From: Cyanophora paradoxa CCMP329 | Lineage: Eukaryota; Plantae; Glaucophyta | Length of the DNA: 64,000 nucleotides | Direction of reading: 5' to 3' | Assembly: GCA_004431415.1 (NCBI GenBank) | Contig: QPMI01000048.1 | Coordinates: 62,001 to 126,000 of the forward strand | In this document: one piece after another, positions 60,701-64,000 of the stretch | How the letters are laid out: the number at the start of each line of letters is the position of its first letter | Numbering within the stretch: the stretch's first letter is position 1 | The notes under the pieces: model-generated | What the model saw: the letters and a program-made list of their open reading frames with translations, nothing else | Databases searched by the model: none | Told to the model about the DNA's origin: nothing | Position numbers and translations under genes: made by a program

Positions 60701-63700
60701 AAGGGTGGGACTAGCTTCGCAACTCGTACCGGGGGGCTGCGGCTCGCTTGGCCCAAGAGAAAGTGCGTGCACATCTGCAGCATGTTAATTCTGAATTCGT
60801 TCAAAATTGAATTCGCAGTGCTGGTGTCTAGAGACTGTGGCCGGTAATTCACCAAAAACAAATTCGTTGATGATATTAATTATTTACTAAGTTCAGCTTG
60901 ATTATAAGCTTTTGGGGCGCGCATGCGCAGGCGGCACTCGCCTCGCCCTTTCCCTTGACGTAGACCTTACCCCGGTCCTCGAAAACAAAAGAGCCTAGTA
61001 GGGGTACATGTAAAGTCCCGCACGCGATGTCAGGGGGGGTACGATGGCGGGGGAGACGGGACGGGGCGGGGGCAGGGGACGCCTCGGGCGCACCGCGCAG
61101 CTGCTGGAAAACCTCGTGAGTCACCTGCGTCCGACCCGGTACCCCCGAGCTCTCCATGCGGGACGCTGAGGGAGCGGCGCGCGGGGGAATGTCGGCGTCG
61201 CGATCAAATATTGAAGCGCGCACAGCGCGCGCACCCACGTTCACTGCGTCACCCCACTGCCGCCAGAGTGCAATTCAGACGGGCACCGCGCATAAGCATG
61301 CAGGGCGGAGGGCGGGGGTACCAGGTCGTAGAGGTACTTCTTCCTCCTGCGAAAGATCGATATTTATCGCAGCGCGCGGTCATGATCATGATCAGGCAGG
61401 CAGCCGCGGGCGGGCGGGACGTGGCGGCCAGATCTAGAACGGGAGCAGCCGCGGCCGGCGGCATCGATATCGCACCCAATGACGCCGGCCACGACGGTCC
61501 CGACGTGTATGCCGATTCGAATGCGGAAGGGCTGCGCGCGGGTCGGGGCGAACGTTAGCACGCATCACGAGCGCAATATTAATCGCGAACTGCTTCCGGT
61601 CGGCCCGAGCCGATATTTCGATTAGGAACGCGCCTTTCCGTCGAAGGATCGGAAGGCCGCCATTGCCGTGTGCATGTCGAGAGCCATGCGCTGACGCCGG
61701 AGCCGCGTCGGTCGGCAAGGCGCGCGGCCGGCGCGGCGCTGGAGACGCACCGCCATGGATTCGGCCGCGGCGCGGGGGCTGCTCGGCGCCCCGGCCCCCG
61801 GCAGCCCCGCCGCACACATAAAGGCGTCCCCAAGCGTCTGGGAATGGATGAGCGGGGGCGCAAAAAAGAATCTGACGGGATTGGAAGGGGGCTGCCTTGA
61901 TCTTTTCGACGCCATGCTGCTCCGCGAGCGCGTCGAATTCGGTGAAGATCTCTGCGGGCCGGGTGGGTGCGGGGCGGGCTCGCGCTCGATTCTGGGCCGA
62001 GCAGGGCCGGCGGCTCGGGATCGGGATCGCGCACGGTTGAGCAGCTCGACGAGCTTCGTCGCGTCCATCGAACCCGCCAGCGGCGTAAACTCGACTCTGC
62101 AAGGGCGCGACTACAAACTTCGAATTCGGAACTCGAATGGGTTGCTTCGTCGCGGAGGCGGCGGAGGCCTAGGCTATAGCTAGGGGGTCATATACGTGAT
62201 GGCGTGCACACGCATGTCGGGCTAGACGTCAAGGCTAGCTATAGGGGCCTAGGCTAGGTTGGTCAAGGCCAGGGGCCGGGGTCATCCACGCGCATGTCGG
62301 CGAACAGGATGGCGACGCCCTCGATGCGGTCCGCGATGCACTCCGCGGGCCGCTCCATCAGGCGATGCGCGATCCTGCGCGTGCGATACGTGTTATGGTC
62401 AGATCACCGGATTGAGGACGTGCATGTGTTTACAACGCATCGCGAAGCGCCACGCACGGGGCCGGCAACATGTTTTGCAGGAGGCTCTCAGTTCTGTGCG
62501 GCGGGCGCGTGCGCGTGTCAGAACAAGGCGCAGGCGCATGCAGCCTGACGTGGACGTCGTGATCGTTAATCGGCCCCGGCCCCGCCCCCGCCCCCACGCA
62601 CTTCTGCTTCTGGTCGTCCAGCCGTGTCTGGAGTGCCTTTCGGACGCTGATGTCTCGGATCTGCCGCGCGCGCATATTCATGCCGCGTACGCGTCAGCGT
62701 GTACGTGTACAGCAGTCTCCGACTGTCATCGTTTCAAAAAATCAAATGGCCATGGTAAGCCCCCCCAGATCGTTTTGCCATCGTTTTAAGTTGAATGCCA
62801 TCGTTTTAAGTGGAAGTTAAAGGCCCTCCGATTTCATTTCGCACCATGCCGACAAAGTAGTGTTCGGCTCCGATGACCACGTCACTGCGCGGCGCGCGCG
62901 CCGGCGTCGGCGACGGCGCTGGCGAGAGCGAGCGGGCGCATTCTATAGCTACTAGGCTAGAGATGTTAATATTCGAGGGGAGGATGGCCCGGACTTCATC
63001 GAGAGCTCGATGGGGAAGAGGGAGCCGTCGCCCGGCCGCATCGCGGTCACCTGTGCCGGAAGCATCTAAATCTGAGCTGCAAAGCACAGGCACACGAGGG
63101 GCGAACCTCCCGAATCGTACCGGCGACGGTGGGCCGCCCCGAGCGGAGGTAGGCCTCGATGTAGCCGTCTGTCACCCCGATCCCGCATGAATCACAATTC
63201 TTCTCCAATAGACGCAAAATGAAAGCTTAATTAATTGTAAGCTTAAGGCCCCCGCGCACCGTGGACGCGGGCCACCTCGGGCGGCATGAGCATCGCCACG
63301 TTTCGGCCCACAAGCTCCTCCTGCGACTCCACCTGGAACACTGCGCGCCCGTGCGCGCATGAGGATACGCTATGATGTGAAGGGCGCTCGAGGTCATTAT
63401 AATTAGTATTAATCCCGCCGCACTTGTGAGGGTCATGCGGTTGACAGAGACGATGGTGCACCGCGAGTCGATGAGGATGACGGCGTCGTTCGCGATGTCC
63501 TGCCGCACAGCGAATTTGAAATTTAAATCAATATGCGCGCGGCGCCGGCCGTGATGTATGGTTCTTAAAGCTTAGAACTAGCGTTTTCCCTCGCGCGCAC
63601 CATAATCTGTTTGCTTCGGTATTCCTCTGCCCTCATTTTCGCAACGGCAGCCTCCGCCCTGCGCGTCGTGGATCAGAGACTCAGAATTCGAAAGAGACGG

Positions 63701-64000
63701 CGACGCGCGCTGGCTCGCATCCGGAGCGAATGATCATATAAATTAAATGAGCGCACATGGCTCGCTGCGACGCGACGCGGGCCGCGGCCTCGCGGCGGCT
63801 GCGCGCGTCCCGCAGCACGCCCACAAAGTACACAGCGCCGCCGAGGCTCATCGAGCTGCGCCGCCGCCGTCAATTCACGCGAGCTCGAGAAACGAACTCG
63901 AAGTCTAACTCTAATTAATAATATTTATGGCGCAGGACGGGCCGGGGCGGGGCGCCGGCGGGCTCGCCTGAGGGAGAGCTCGCAGGGGATCTCCTCGCCC
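57799..64000 (-). CDS. PAS-domain class III adenylyl cyclase with C-terminal degenerate phosphodiesterase-like domain (5' end beyond window)
   Basis: PAS/PAC motifs: GEEIPCELSL, DAVILIDSRCTIVSVN, ELVGRNVAMLMP. Cyclase motifs: GVAILFADM, EKIK|TLGDAFM, RIRIGIHVGTVVAGVIG, KYLYDL|WGDAVNV|ASRMES, VKGKG. The Lys/Asp pair indicates ATP specificity. Tail: CILATD, LMRCAHYGAAARTFEHSRQWA, SMQVALLSHGALPAFE, RRNLDAW. Confidence 0.85.
59262..60780 (+). mobile_element. Degenerate LINE 3' fragment inside a cyclase intron
   Basis: Intronless ORF remnants ending SSGRLAVGNSKTHL..HRCGKGVE.., similar to the LINE ORF2 C-terminal zinc knuckle region, with stops and frameshifts. Followed by long G-tracts (60350-60645). 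Confidence 0.45.

Overview
This is GC-rich, intron-dense eukaryotic (algal/protist-like) nuclear DNA. The poly-C/G introns and frequent GC-AG splice sites resemble the glaucophyte Cyanophora, but that assignment is inference only. Two host-style genes frame the window: a NACHT/NPHP3-like ATPase with TPRs on the left (<47-9940, +) and a PAS-PAS-adenylyl cyclase with a degenerate phosphodiesterase-like tail on the right (57799->64000, -). Between them is a ~46-kb accessory island (10480-56490), bracketed by a direct duplication of the TPR gene's last exon and 3' region. The island holds two full copies and one truncated copy of a gene for a Cys-rich zinc finger fused to a dynamin-like P-loop GTPase. 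Each copy sits head-to-head with a partner (an OTU deubiquitinase or an unknown repeated gene 'A') and has the same upstream motif. The island also contains a ~980-bp tandem array of the shared divergent promoter region, five copies of gene A forming long inverted repeats, an orphan gene with 78-bp repeats, nested MITEs, and a 5'-truncated LINE encoding two Ulp1-like protease domains with a ~230-bp target duplication. No transposase, recombinase, helicase or capsid gene was recognised. Gene models were spliced by eye, and most listed long ORFs are GC-rich shadow frames.
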